A stretch of 64,000 nt of DNA, taken from positions 56,856,001 through 56,920,000 of the forward strand of contig NC_086108.1 of assembly GCF_963921235.1 (NCBI RefSeq), read 5' to 3'. A program made the position numbers and the translations under genes. The stretch comes from Mobula hypostoma. Its lineage: Eukaryota. The notes below the pieces were generated by a model that worked only from the letters and a program-made list of their open reading frames with translations, was not told the origin of the DNA and searched no databases. Of the stretch, positions 24,071 through 36,582 are shown in pieces (positions within the stretch are counted from its first letter, which is position 1; each line of letters starts with the position of its first letter).

Positions 24071-24896
24071 ACCCTAATCAATAAAGTCTGTAAGCTCATT
24101 AACTTGTACTTCGGAGATCTGGGTCAGCTCAGTTATCAAGCACCAAAGCCTTTGAAAGCAATTTAAAAGTTCAAAACTCTACTTTTTTAAAAAAAAGCTA
24201 AGTGGAGTAATAAACCCATCTTTAAGATGACAATCAAATGGATTGTAGCAATCCTGATATTCAGATTAATGCCCTCAATCGAAAGAATTCACGTTCCGAA
24301 CAGAATATGTGACAGAAGGCATAATACGTTAAACCAAGCATCAATACAAGGTGGTCATATTGCATCTACTGCAAGTCTTCATTCCAGATACAACTGAGTA
24401 AAATTAAAAAGCTATCTTCATCAAAACCACTCATGAAGCAAAACTGCCCAGAATTTAGCCTACTCCGCAGTAAATTCAAAGCGGTGACCCCCGATACGTG
24501 ATGCTGATCATCCATAAATTTCTTTGAATAAGCATTTCTACGATAAAGCTTCAGCAAGCTTTACCAGATAAGTACATTCAAACAAAGCCTGCCCATATCT
24601 AGTGCGTTCCCTTTGTTAAGAACCCAGTCATTCATTATGTTCTAGATGTTGATCCTAAAATAAAGTACACCAGAGAATTCCATCATTGATCCAAATTTCC
24701 CCCCTGCACAATTATAACACTAAAGAAATATAAACATTTTGATGGCATAGATTAGAGCAGGCAATTTCCTTTAGGCCTCAATAATGTTTACAACAAACAC
24801 GTCACTGCATATTACGTAAATTACCAAAGTAACATACAAATTAGTTTGTAACAATGATCTTGAGCGTGCAAATGAACAAAAATACAAATGGATTAC

Positions 24897-24938
24897 CGTA
24901 TATTCCAAAGTATGGACATCTTCATTCTCAAAACGCTT
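24897..24938 (-). CDS. SERBP1: SERBP1 extra 42-nt in-frame exon (KRFENEDVHTLEYT), probable cassette exon
   Basis: Strong acceptor ttttttgcattttctctgctag and donor ACG|gtaatc; 42 nt, phase 0-0 matching both neighbours; no stop codon. Confidence 0.7.
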
Positions 24939-25196
24939 CTAGCAGAGAAAATGCAAAAAACAATCTGAATACATAGAGTTAGCAATGACAAATGATTAAG
25001 TTCAAAAACCACTGAAGTATTTTACAATCATCAATATACAATTTAAAAAGATGGGAAAGAGATCAGTTACTGTGCAATTCCTAACAACCTGGCTACCAAA
25101 CTAGGAAGTAAAACTATGCTAAAAATAGCTTACAACTAAACAAAAAAAAAATTATACAACAGTTCAATTCTGCAATACAAATCGTGCCACGCCTAC

Positions 25197-25377
25197 CTCC
25201 TCAGTTTTAGGCTTGCGTAAAACGAATCCTTTTTTCCACTGACTACTATCACAGCCCTCATTAGGTTTGCGAATGTTAAACTCAGCTTTTGCCCGTTCTT
25301 TATCTTGCATGGCTTTCCACTCATCGAGAGTCATTTCCTTTGGGCCTTCTTCTTTAACTTCTTCTACTTCATTTTCC
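25197..25377 (-). CDS. SERBP1: SERBP1 exon 6 ([24 protein letters not shown]...[13 protein letters not shown])
   Basis: ccctcag acceptor and GAG|gtaggc donor; 181 nt, phase 2-0; conserved KEMTLDEWK motif. Confidence 0.97.
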
Positions 25378-26049
25378 CTGAGGGCAATAAGTATCCATGA
25401 GGATTCGATACACAAGTTCAATTATAAGCTGCATTTACTTAAGAGATTTTCCTGATACTGACACAATATATTGTAGTGTAACACTAGTTAATCAAAATAT
25501 TTCCAGACCCTCACAACCCAAGGACTGTCTTTTTCCAAAAAATTCAGTACCATGGCCAATCTCTTCCACACCTCAATTCACACAAGTTGTTATCTATATT
25601 ACAATTTAATTTAAACACTTTTTAATGTATCTGCTTTTGAAAAGTACCATTATCAACTTACCATAAAGATCCTGCAATTTCCCAAATAAATTGTCACCCA
25701 AAATCATGCTAACAGTATGTCCATATTTAGCAGAAGGTACGAATCAGACATCTTCAGATTAAATTTCCCATTTAGGACCATTACAAATTCTGTATTCTAT
25801 AATTATATGTACATGCTGAGAGAAAGATGCTACAACACTGATGTGTGAGGATACATGTTTTTAAATCACTTAATTCTGAACATGTCTTCCTTTGAGCAAT
25901 TTCCTATTATGGTGCTACAACCTCTTCAATATACACCCTAATTTCAGACAATATTCTGAAAATCCATATGCCCATTTCATTTGGAAATGAAATACAGTAT
26001 GTCAATAACTTCTCACTGTAGATTGATAATAGCTTCTTTAAAGCACCTT

Positions 26050-26600
26050 TCTACAAAAGAATTGCACAGACCCAAACTCTCCCACAAAGCAAGAGAGGAT
26101 ATATAATATAGCAAAGATTAGTGGAAAGTTAGAGGACTGAGAAGCTTTCAAAAAACAACAAAAGAACAATAGGAGAGAAAAGATTAAATATGAAGTTAAG
26201 TTAGTCTATAACAACAACACCCTGTTTTTTTTTCCAAATCTATAAAAGAGTGAAAGAGAGGCAAAAGTGAATACTGGACTGATGAAAAACGATGCTGGAG
26301 ATATAGTGATGGGGGACTAAGTCATGGCAATGAACTTAATCGAATATTTTGTGTCAGTCTTCACTGTGAGAGAGACCAACACTATGCCAGAAATTTAAGT
26401 GTTGGGGCAGAGGTGAGAATCGTTACTACTAAGGAGCAAGTGCTTAGGAAGCCGTAAGATCTGAAGGTAGACAAGTCACCTGGACCAGATGGACTACACA
26501 GCAGGTTTCTGAAAGAGGGAGGCATTATTACTGATCTTTCAGGAATCACTAGATTCAGGAATGGTTCCAGAGTGGAAAATTGCAGATGTCAAACCACTCT
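26050..26600 (+). mobile_element. Degraded internal CR1 ORF2 fragment
   Basis: LKVDKSPGPDGLH and ESLDSGMVP-like remnants. Confidence 0.75.
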
Positions 26601-27147
26601 TTGGTTGGGGGGGGGAGAAGAAAGAGAGAAGCACAAGAAATCAGTATTCCACTGCCCCACCTTGTTTAAAATTGTATTCCAGTTCATACGCAGAGTGAGA
26701 CCTTTCTTATTTCAAAGGCAAAAGTCCCTCTCTAAGAAAGAGCTGGATTACGATTTTAAATAAGGCAAGACAGCGGAAAGCTGAATGGTTGAGGACTAAG
26801 TTGAGTGTATATACCACTGGACTAGACGTGCCAAGGTGGAGTTTATCATCGAAACATCGGTTAAAATCGATACATGGACCCAGCTGGAAGCCCCAGAAAA
26901 GTTCATACATCATATATAGCAAGAAAGCACTAAATCCTTTTACTTGATAAGTTTAGTTTGCAACAGCATATCGAATACACAAGACAATGGTGACTTACAG
27001 GAACACTATACACATTAATTCTTATTCAACTTCAAAGACTATACCTGGCACTGTACAAGATTCCCATTAATCAGATTTTGACAACTGAAATTTTCATATT
27101 GTTGACAATGTTTTAATTTTATTCATAATGAACATTATACACTCAAT

Positions 27148-27655
27148 ATAACACAAAATACTGGAAGAACTTAAGCAGGTTAAGCAGCATCTAGTAGAGT
27201 AATAAACAGTTGATGTTTCAGAGATCGTTCATCAAGACTGGGGGGGGGGGGAGAAACAAGCCGGAATAAGAAAATCGGGGGGGGGGGGGGGTAGAAGAGA
27301 GGGAGTACAAGCTAGAATATGATAGATCAGACCAGGTGGGGTAGGGAAGAGGGGGATGAAGTGAGAAGCTGGGAGATAATAGGTGAAAAAGGGCTGAAGA
27401 AGAAATCTAATAGGAGAGGAGAGTGTACCATGGGAGAAATTAATCTAGGAGGCTTCCACGGGGAAGTGATAAGCAGAGGGGACCAGAGTTGGGGTCGGGG
27501 GGGGGGTGGGGGAGAGAGAGAGAAAAGAAGTGAAATGAAACAAAATTACCCAGAAGTTAGAGAAATTGATTTCCTTCCATTTTGCAGACTTCTGTTTGGG
27601 TAGCTTCCAGCCAGATAGCATGAACTTTGACTTCTCTGACTCCCAGTAATTTCTC
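27148..27655 (-). mobile_element. PLE 3' fragment with degenerate hammerhead
   Basis: Same pseudo-LTR sequence as 6263-7425 in reverse; minus strand AGTCTTGATGAACGATCTCTGAAACATCAACT; short inverted GIY-YIG C-terminal piece near 27590-27650. Confidence 0.75.
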
Positions 27656-28012
27656 CCCACAAAGACAAAGGGTGAAATGGACAATTGAACTTTGGACAAA
27701 GGTAGAATTTTGGATCATCTTAAAAATATGGAAAGCAGCACTACAGAAAATGCCAACCAAGAATGGACTGTGATAATCAAGCTTACACTACCAGCCAGGA
27801 TATAGTGAAGGGTGGGAAAACGTGATTTTAGTAATGTGGTCTAAAACTCATTTCAGGGTCCATTGATACCACATAACAAAAAAAAATAACCGACTCAGGT
27901 GATAAGGCACTTCAGACCAAGATATTAATCTTCATTATTAATGAAGTAACTTTCAACTCATTAAGCAGATTCATGAAAAAATTAAATTCAGAATTTTGTT
28001 CTTAATACTCAC

Positions 28013-28087
28013 TTGTTCTCAGAATCAGCTACCTGCTGCTCATCTCCCTCAGGTACTTCTTCACTAACAGCAGATTGATCAAGTTCA
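28013..28087 (-). CDS. SERBP1: SERBP1 exon 5 (ELDQSAVSEEVPEGDEQQVADSENK)
   Basis: ccaattgtag acceptor and AA|gtgagt donor; 75 nt, phase 2-2. Confidence 0.95.
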
Positions 28088-28187
28088 CTACAATTGGAGA
28101 AGGTAACAGAAAAGTTTAGTCAAGTAATCTTTACAATAAAACTACATGCAAAGCCAAATAATTAGGTAATTAGGTTTTCATACTAAC

Positions 28188-28259
28188 CCAAGTTCATCCT
28201 TCACAGTTCCCCAGTTATGTGATCCACTGCCACCCCGTTTGTCCTCTGGTTTCAGGCTA
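28188..28259 (-). CDS. SERBP1: SERBP1 exon 4 ([24 protein letters not shown])
   Basis: ctcttccag acceptor and GG|gttagt donor; 72 nt, phase 2-2; HABP4/PAI-RBP1 motif [11 protein letters not shown]. Confidence 0.96.
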
Positions 28260-28802
28260 CTGGAAGAGAAACTATTCTCTCTATATATCTGCTGTATATA
28301 CATAATCACTCATTTTTTTAAAAAAAATACTTGCATTGCATTTCTAAATACAGGGATTCACTAGGTAAGGAATGTCCTGAATTGCACAAATCTAATAATG
28401 TAGGGAAATATGCATAAAGTTAGTCTTTTTCAAGCTACTAGTATTGTTTATGGCATTCATTAAAGTCTGGGTACAGCATATATATTCCATTAATTTAATT
28501 ATGGATAATGTTAACAGTGATTAGTCAATAAAATGAAATAATTATTACAAGTCTATGCAGAGTCAAATGTAGGTAACTACAGAAAAATAAATATTAACTT
28601 ATGGATAATTTGCAAGAACAGAAATCACACATACTGGGGACTGCCTGTATTGGCACCCATTATACTATCAATTAATTTACAGCACGTTAGCAAGTTAGTT
28701 ACACTTCATATTACTTTAAGTTAACATTTTCAACAGTATTTGTTAGTTCAATATAATAAAGTTTACAGTGTTAAGAATCTTACAAAGTCAATATTAACTT
28801 AC

Positions 28803-28943
28803 GATCGGTCACTTCCACTGTGTCTGTCAAATTCACGTTTTCCACGCGAGTCAAAACCATCACTCCTTCCCAAACCACGACCTCGTCCACGCCCTCTTCC
28901 TCCTCCACGTCCACGCAGTGGTCTGTCACGATCTAGGGGCCGA
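28803..28943 (-). CDS. SERBP1: SERBP1 exon 3 ([47 protein letters not shown])
   Basis: caacctag acceptor and TC|gtaagt donor; 141 nt, phase 2-2; RG box and [10 protein letters not shown] motif. Confidence 0.96.
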
Positions 28944-29896
28944 CTAGGTTGTGAGAAAATTAGACATTATACCATGATGTACTATCCCATGCTAATAAGT
29001 ACACTATGTTGATGCTCACCATTAATATCTACATACATGCAACAGATAATTGATGTTAACATCTGAATGAGTTGCTTCCACAAAAGCTATTGATTTCCAA
29101 AATATACTGTTGATTAAACATTATCTCCAAAGATCTGAATATTGAAGAGTTAATAAGTTGCAATGTCAGTGTGTGATATAAAAGTTTTAGTTGGAATATC
29201 CTGCCATCCATTAAACAGTCTGTAATTGGAGCCATCTTTGAAATGAAGACTTCGCACTTGGGAGAAATATGAAAAAAATACGTCAAATGACTGCATACTC
29301 AAGACAGTTGCATGCCTGACAAGTTGTACACATGCAAACACTTTTCAACTCCTATACTCAATGCCCTGACTGTTCAAGACAAAGCATGCCTTCTTTACCC
29401 TCTGTCTATCCGTGTCTCCACTTTGGATCTGTACATCTGGGTCTCACTGTATCTTCCTGATTCTTGCCATTTATTGTGAAATCCCTGCTCTAGGTTTATC
29501 TTATCAAAGAGCAAAAATTGCACTTCCATCTTCCATTCTTTGGCCTATTTCCCAGCTGACTGGGATGGAGACATTGTAATTTTAAATAACCCTCTTCACT
29601 ATACCAATAATTTTGGAGCCATCTGCAAACTAACTATGCCTCAAATCATTATTATAGAATACAAACAGCAAACCCAACATCTATCTGAATTTTAAATAGA
29701 AAAAACACTTTATAATTACTTAACTAAGTCTGCCAATAACCTATTTTCTCCTCTTCAACTCTGCTACTGCCAATTTTAATCTGGCATAGGCTTAAAGAGC
29801 TAGTAAGCTTGAGGGAAACTGCACTGCCCTCATACAATACAAATCTAGAATAAAAAGGTGCAATTCTCAGATACAAATGGCAACATATATACAGTA

Positions 29897-29965
29897 CAGG
29901 CAGTCCCCAAGTTACAAACAAGATCCATTCCTAAGTCAGATTTGTACGTAAGTCAGAACAGGTAC
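29897..29965 (+). mobile_element. Tigger/pogo-like terminal fragment
   Basis: TA-CAGGCAGTCCCCAAGTTAC start resembles Tigger-type TIRs; no partner end found. Confidence 0.45.
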
Positions 29966-30049
29966 ATTTCAAGATGTAGGTCCTTTCAGGCATAAGCCAG
30001 TCTCATCTACATTAAATATTTGGTCTGGCAAATAATCTCCCTCAACAGG

Positions 30050-30552
30050 AAAGAGGTCAATAAAATTGAGAGAGTACAGAGGAGGTTTACTAAAATGTTG
30101 CCTGGGTTTCATCTCCTAAAGTTACAGAGAAAGGTTGAACAAGTTAGGTCGTTATTCTTTGGAGCGTAGAAGGTTGAGGGGGGGGACTTGATAGAGGTGT
30201 TTAAAATTATGAGGGGGATAGACAGAGATGACGTGGATAGGCTTTTTCCATTGAGAGTGGGGGAGATTCAAACAAGAGAACATGAGTTGAGAGTTAAAGG
30301 GCAAAAGCTTAGGGGTAACATGAGGGGAAACTTCTTTACTCAGAGTGGTAGCTGTGTGGAACGAGCTTCCAGCAGAAGTGGTTGAGGCAGGTTCGATTTT
30401 GTCATTTAAAGTTAAATTGGATAGATATATGGACAGGAAAGAAATGGAGGGTTATGGGCTGAGTGCAGGTCGGTGGGACTAGGTGAGAGTAAGAGTTCGG
30501 CACGGACTAGAAGGGTCAAGATGGCCTGTTACCGTGCTGTAATTGTTATATG
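30050..30552 (+). mobile_element. CR1 LINE 3' fragment
   Basis: IEVFKIMRGIDR..RLFP..RGNFFTQ; 3' tail TTGTTATATGG. Confidence 0.88.
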
Positions 30553-31694
30553 GAATGAAATGGGTATTCAAGGATACAAAAGACATTTAGGATCAAAGTG
30601 AGAACTTTTCCATAGATGTAGATTTCTCTACCAAAAGTGGGTGGAGTAAAGTTGTTTAATATATTAACACTAAAGGCAACAAAAGTGCATGGGATGAGAG
30701 TTGGAATATTGCAGTAAGCCAAAGAGCAACCATGATCATATTCATGAGTGGAGCGGGATAGAGAGCAAAATGTCCATCAATGTGTTCCGTTATGCCAAAT
30801 GGATAAACCCAAAGTTTATCTGTCAACTGGGAATCCATGGAACTCTGGTCTACAAACAGCAGTGTTCACCAGCACAAGCTTGCCTCATGTATCAGCACTA
30901 CCACCACTATTCTAGCTCAATAAACGCAATAGGTATGCCAGGGGTTACATCAGGCATACCCAAAGATAAGGTACCTACCTGGCGATGCTGTACAGTATCA
31001 AAAAGGTACTCAGATCATTTAAATGCCCTAATTCTTTAGTTGAATTGTAGTGGGAAATTAAAAGGTAGTGAATGCAAGCACCTCATCTTCAGCCAAAACC
31101 CAGAATATAAACCAAACCACTTCATCTGGAAATACCACGGGGATGATCCATCTCCATTTGCTATCAAGATAATCATCAAAAAGCCAATCACAAGCTAATC
31201 TGACTATCAACAACTTTAAATAGCCAAGAGCACTGGATCTAGCTGCACCACTAGCCAAGCTGTTCCTTCCAATAGTTACAACACAAGAACCTACTTGTCA
31301 ACATGGAAAGATGTTTATAGGTCCTGATCACAAAATCTATTTATTTAGTGCCCCATCAGTTTACTCTCAATTACAAGTCCAAGAAGGTGTTGCCAACAGC
31401 ACTCACCAACATACCTTCTAGCCTTTGTCAATACAAGAGTGTACAGTCTCAAGGAATAAAACTGGATATCAAAGAGCATCAATAGGAAAACAAGAACAGT
31501 TAGGAGTTATGCCTCCACTAAGGAAGATAGCTGCTATTAGAGATCAAACATTCTAGTCCAAAAGCATTTCCTCAGACCAACCAGCAAAACTATTCAGAAG
31601 CCCAAGTGCTCCCTAAGCAATGTAAACATTTCCATCGTGCAATTCTCCGAGTACAATTTGTGTTCCCAAGTTCCTGCCAAAGATCATAATTCCA

Positions 31695-32655
31695 TTAATT
31701 CTGACCAAATCACCAACTCCATTTGCACAAATGCAGCTCCAAACTTGCAGGGAACCTCCGCCATGCTTCACTGTTGGCTGCATGGAGCAATCTCCAGCTC
31801 TTCTACGGACAAACTATATCCTGTTCGAGCCAAAACGTTCAAATGTTGACTTATCAGTGAAAAGCACTTGCTACCATTTTTCAGCACCGCAATCCTTGCA
31901 TTTTTGTGCATAGGTGAGTCTCTTGGCTTTGTTTCAACTTCAGAGGAATGGCTTTTCAACAACTCATGGAAGTGCACTTCTGACAAGTTTCCTCCAGACT
32001 ACAGAGGAGTGTTCTTGGGTTGCAATGGCTTCTGAGTTCAGAGCTGATAGCAGTGCTGGATTTCTCAAATTAGAAGGGACATCAGTTTGATGTATTGCTC
32101 GCTGCCACTCTCAGGTTCTGTGGCCATTTATTGCATTTCTGGTCCTTAACCCTTCCTGTTTTTTTTTGCTTCAACAGCACCTCTTGAAATTCCAGTCTGC
32201 TGCAAAATTTCTGCTTGGGAGAGACCTTGCAGGTGCAGGATTACCACCTTGTGCCTTGTTGCTATACTCACACTTTCCAAGGCGCACAAATTAATGATTT
32301 GAAGGTTAAACAGTCATGCCTGCCACACCCTCACCTTTTAATTTGGTTGTTCTTCACCCGGTTTGATTTCTTCTATATTGTTTCTGTTTGAGTTACTCAG
32401 TTTAGTTCATTCAACTCATTATCTCATGTTTAATTATGCACTGGCCTCCAAACCTACAAAATAATCACGTTTTTTGGAAAAGTGGCCCATGTTACTTTCT
32501 GTAATGAAATACAAAAAAAAATCCTCCATAATCTTGATTTTTTTGGAAAATGAATGTTTGGAAATCTGAACTTTGCTCTTTTCTACTGACACACTAATGC
32601 AGAAAACAATAAAAACATCTCAGGGCACCATTTGATTTTAGCATTCTAAAGCTTA
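31695..32655 (-). mobile_element. Degraded Tc1-family element (same family as 15580-16835 and 52879-54111)
   Basis: Shared internal and 5' sequence with those copies; transposase remnants on the minus strand. Confidence 0.75.
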
Positions 32656-34255
32656 CATATGCTTCTTTTTCATTTTCAAAGCTTGGTTCTGTTCAAATTA
32701 ATGACCAGTGAAAATAACCCTATTCATACCCTCAATAAAATAATTTTTGTCCCAACTTGCATAAAAATTACAATACCGCAGACACTGTATGGGACTAGGC
32801 AGATTAATGTTTCGGCACAGACTAGATGGGTCAAAGGGCCTGTTTCTGTGCTGTAGCGTTGTGATTATAATAGTATAAGATGAATGTCAGAACTACCAAG
32901 TATCAATCTGAAACGACAAGAAATGCTTTCTGAATCTAACATTTTAAAAATCATTGTAATGGAAAGCAACTCCTTATTAACCCATCAAACAGGTAGTTAA
33001 ACATGTTTACTAAATAAATCTTCCAATAGAATGAGCAAACAGAATTTTTAAAGGAAAGAAAGACTGCAATTCAACTCCTTTAATCAGTTAAAATTCTGAT
33101 CAAACTAATTATGTTTTATGAAAATTTTATTTTCTACTTTGTAACATTGTAAATAAAAAGCACATTGTTGCGTTAAGCTCCTAGTCAACAACCAAGGTTC
33201 CAAGAATGACAGATTATTAGAATTTTACTGAATTTTAAATCAACTATGGTGTTCCATGCAATGCCATTACTATGCAATAGAAGGGACAGATTGCACAATC
33301 AAATGAGCTACAAGGCCATACATAAAGAATACTATTTAAGACCAACTTTAAATTAGCAGTAATGTAATACATTACACACACTGCAGTAGAGCTAAATGCA
33401 ATTTTACTGCCTCTTGCCGCGATCTTTGAGTTGGATTCATCAAGGACAGACTAAGAACAAGGAGGTTGGGAAAGTATTGTTTTTGGAACAGCATGTAAGA
33501 CATGCAGGTCCAAATTTCAAGTCTATATAACACACTACAGGACAGCCACAGGCCCTTCAGTCCATGCCGAATGTTTCTGGTCAACTGATCTCCTTCCAAC
33601 CAAACACCACTGTCCTCAGCCCACCATTTTCACCAAAGTCCTTCTTTTCTATCAGTTGGGGATATGCCCTCATGATTGCAAAACTTCAGTCCTACTCTAA
33701 TCCATTTCTGCAGGCAGAACACTGAGTGAACAAGTAACACCCACACAAAATAATCAACTGTAACATAGAACAGTAGTCACTTCAATTAGAGCTCCATAGA
33801 TTCCTAATTTATGCATATCCTTCTATCAGTTTATCCTGTCTTTTCTCCCCAATGCACAATTTAGCAGACATGAGCTCAAGAGAAAGCTACATGTCTGATA
33901 AAAATTCCAACCCTTTCTCAGTGGGTTTTTCATGAATTTCTTACAGAATTTATTAGTGTTTGGATTCTTATGGAGAAAAACCTGAAGGTTAAAACTAATC
34001 TTCAGTAAACCACTTGTCCATTAAGTTTTTCTAAACATTACTTCTCAGATGTGGAATTGCTAATGACTAAAAAAATGCACCACAAACCCGTGAAACCTGT
34101 GTACATGTTAAGATGCCACAACAAAAAAAACTCACTTCAAAGAATAATTAGACAAAATGGACATTCATTCTAAAAGCACCTTCAAATCTACAACTAATAT
34201 GAAACCACTGGAATATGCAAAATAGACAATTGCAGTTTTACAATTTCACATATAC

Positions 34256-34660
34256 ATACACAAAATGCTGCAGAAACTGAGCAGGTTAGGTAAGCAACAT
34301 CTATGGAAATGAACAGTCGATATTTTGGGCAGAAGCCTTTCATTGGGACTGAAAATGGGAAAAATGGCAGAACAAGGTAGGGGGGAGAAGGGGGACAAGC
34401 TAGGTAACAGGTGAAGACAGATGGGTGGAATGAAGTAAGAAGCTGGGAGGTGATAGGTGGAAGAAAGGAGGGACAGAAGGTGAAAGACGGGAGAGGAGAT
34501 AAGAGGCTGAGTGGGGAATTGAAGAGGAGGGAAGGAGAAGGGAAAGGCCAAGGACCAACATGTCAGAAAGGGATGGGGACAGGAAATAAAATGGTTGGCC
34601 GAGAAATCTCGCTTCTTGTGGATGCAGCCTAAGTGTTGAACAAAGTGGTCCCCCAATCTA
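34256..34660 (-). mobile_element. PLE 3' fragment with degenerate hammerhead
   Basis: CACAAAATGCTG..CAGCAGG..CATCTATGG terminus; ORF MGDHFVQHLGCIHKKRDFSANHF (GIY-YIG C-part); hammerhead core mutated to CCAATGA/CAAAA. Confidence 0.75.
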
Positions 34661-34971
34661 TGATATCCTATTTACAATTTTGGTTATCCTACTTAGCTGA
34701 AATGCAGATACTAAATTCATTGAAGAATAGTGTTACAAACATGCATTCCCTCAGCTATGCCCAGACGGAATTTGAAACTATTCAAACATCAGTGCAACAC
34801 TGCTTACTCATGTATGTTAAGGCAACTTCAAGTCACTGGTCTACATTCTGGAAAAACTAACTCAGCATGTTTGAATATTTGGTGTCATTCAGACTTTAAT
34901 TATCTATAGCTCCCCAATATTTAAGAGCAACAAACTCACCACCTAACAAACCTCACTTTTTTGGGCGGAGC

Positions 34972-35770
34972 TTAGAACGATGGCACCAACGGCAACACCT
35001 TTGCTTGCATCGCGCAAACAGCTCTATTTTCTATCTTTGATATCTCTTTCCTTTTCAAGGTTCTTTTGAAGACCCTGACCTGGGGGTACACGCTGACTTT
35101 GGTTCTTTGTGGAAATGGGACCCACTTTCAGGGCCTCACGACCAGCCACTTTCAGAGAAGCCAAGATGCATCCTGGAACACTAGCACGCCTTCAAGGTGC
35201 CGGATTTTTGTGGTTTTGGAGGTGGGCAGATTCAAGGCCGGTGCAGCCACTGCCTGAGCATCTTGGGAGATGGAAGATCATAAGCAGCGAGCTGGCTGTG
35301 TGCCAAAGAGACACAAGTTCTTTGGGCACAGAGCTTGGAAGAAGTGACGCAACAGACTTTTAACACAAATCAGCAAGTTGTTTTGTTATGTCTCCCCTCT
35401 CGCTGTGAAACAGAGACACCTCTTTTTCCCTTATTAGAAAGGGAGCACCTGTGGTATGTCGAATACCGGATCTTTGGGGGTACTGCAAATCTGTCTCTAT
35501 TGATTCTTTGCTGCATGCTTTGAGAGCTCGGTGGGGGTGGGGGGTGGGAGAGCCGATGCCTTTTTGCTGGTGTGGGGGGGGGGGTCGGGGACTTGATTTG
35601 CTGCTGCTTATGCGTGAGGGTGGGGGCTTCCAGGGGGGGATCTTTGGGGTTCTAACATTTAACTGTCACTCATTCTTTGGGGCACTCTTTTCATGGATGT
35701 TTGCGGAGAAGAATTTCAGGATGTATATTGTATACATTTCTCTAACATTAAATGTACCTATTGAAACTAT
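34972..35770 (+). mobile_element. ~800-bp non-coding interspersed repeat, copy 1 (SINE or non-autonomous LINE-like)
   Basis: Colinear with 56903-57678 end to end; 3' end ATACATTTCTCT..CATTAAATGTAC..GAAACTATT. Confidence 0.75.
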
Positions 35771-35959
35771 TTTATATTAATCACACTTGTACAATAATTC
35801 AGGTATTGTAAGCTACTTGCCCAAACTAAGAACAATTATCCAATTTATTCTTACCTGCTGGTCTACCCAGAAACTCGACCAATCTTTCTCAGATTGCACT
35901 GGCCTCACCAAGAAGTGAGATTAAATGGATGATATTAGTATTTCAAATCAATTTCAAAA

Positions 35960-36582
35960 GGCAGGAGGAGAAGATGGTGGCACGTTGTGCGTGCGCAGCT
36001 CTCCAGTGAAAATGATATCGTATCTGTTAAATAGGGGCCGTGGACAATTCTGATTTGATGGAGAATGGACGTGAAAGCACAGAGGAACATCTGGAGAAAT
36101 TTCTGAAATGCCCGTTCGCTGCTGTCGTTACTGTGTAGCTGTGAATCTTTCGGAGGGTAGGCCTCAAAATCCCCGGACTTGCCTGCTTTTGGCGACCGAG
36201 GTCGTCGAATTGTTCGGACAGAGATGGTGCTCAGTACTCGGTGTCGGAGAGCTGACCAGAGCTCGAAGTTTTCAGATGACTCAGAGTCGAATTGTGGTCG
36301 GCATGGCAGGGAGAGTTTTTCTTCCTTCTGCCTGCCTGCGTGAGATGTGGGACATTTGAGAAACTTTGAACTTTACTGTGTTTGCTAACTTCTTCATCAA
36401 GTTATGGTATTGTTACAATGTTTGTAACTATTGTTATAATTATGTGGTTCTGTCAGTTTTTTTCAGTCTTGGTTTGTCCTGTGTTTTGTGATATCACACC
36501 GGAGGAAATAATGTATCATTTCTTAATGCATGCATTACTAAATGACAATAAAAGAGGACTACGTGTCTTCATAATCATAATT
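35960..36582 (+). mobile_element. Non-autonomous retroposon-like repeat
   Basis: Starts GGAGAAGATGG, is CpG-rich, and ends AATAAAA..CATAATCATAAT in a short tandem tail. Confidence 0.6.

Noticed and set aside
28088..28187. Equivalent of the ~15-aa alternative extension recalled for human SERBP1 at the exon 4/5 junction
   Set aside because: The only in-frame upstream AG (54 nt before exon 5) reads into TGA, and the other AG is out of frame.
28922..28934. Internal AGs in exon 3 as alternative acceptors
   Set aside because: CTAG|ATCG is out of frame with an immediate TGA; GACAG|A is in frame (-21 nt) but has no pyrimidine tract.
35850..35910. Strong minus-strand donor CAG|GTAAGA in intron 2
   Set aside because: No convincing acceptor and no SERBP1-like coding sequence upstream.
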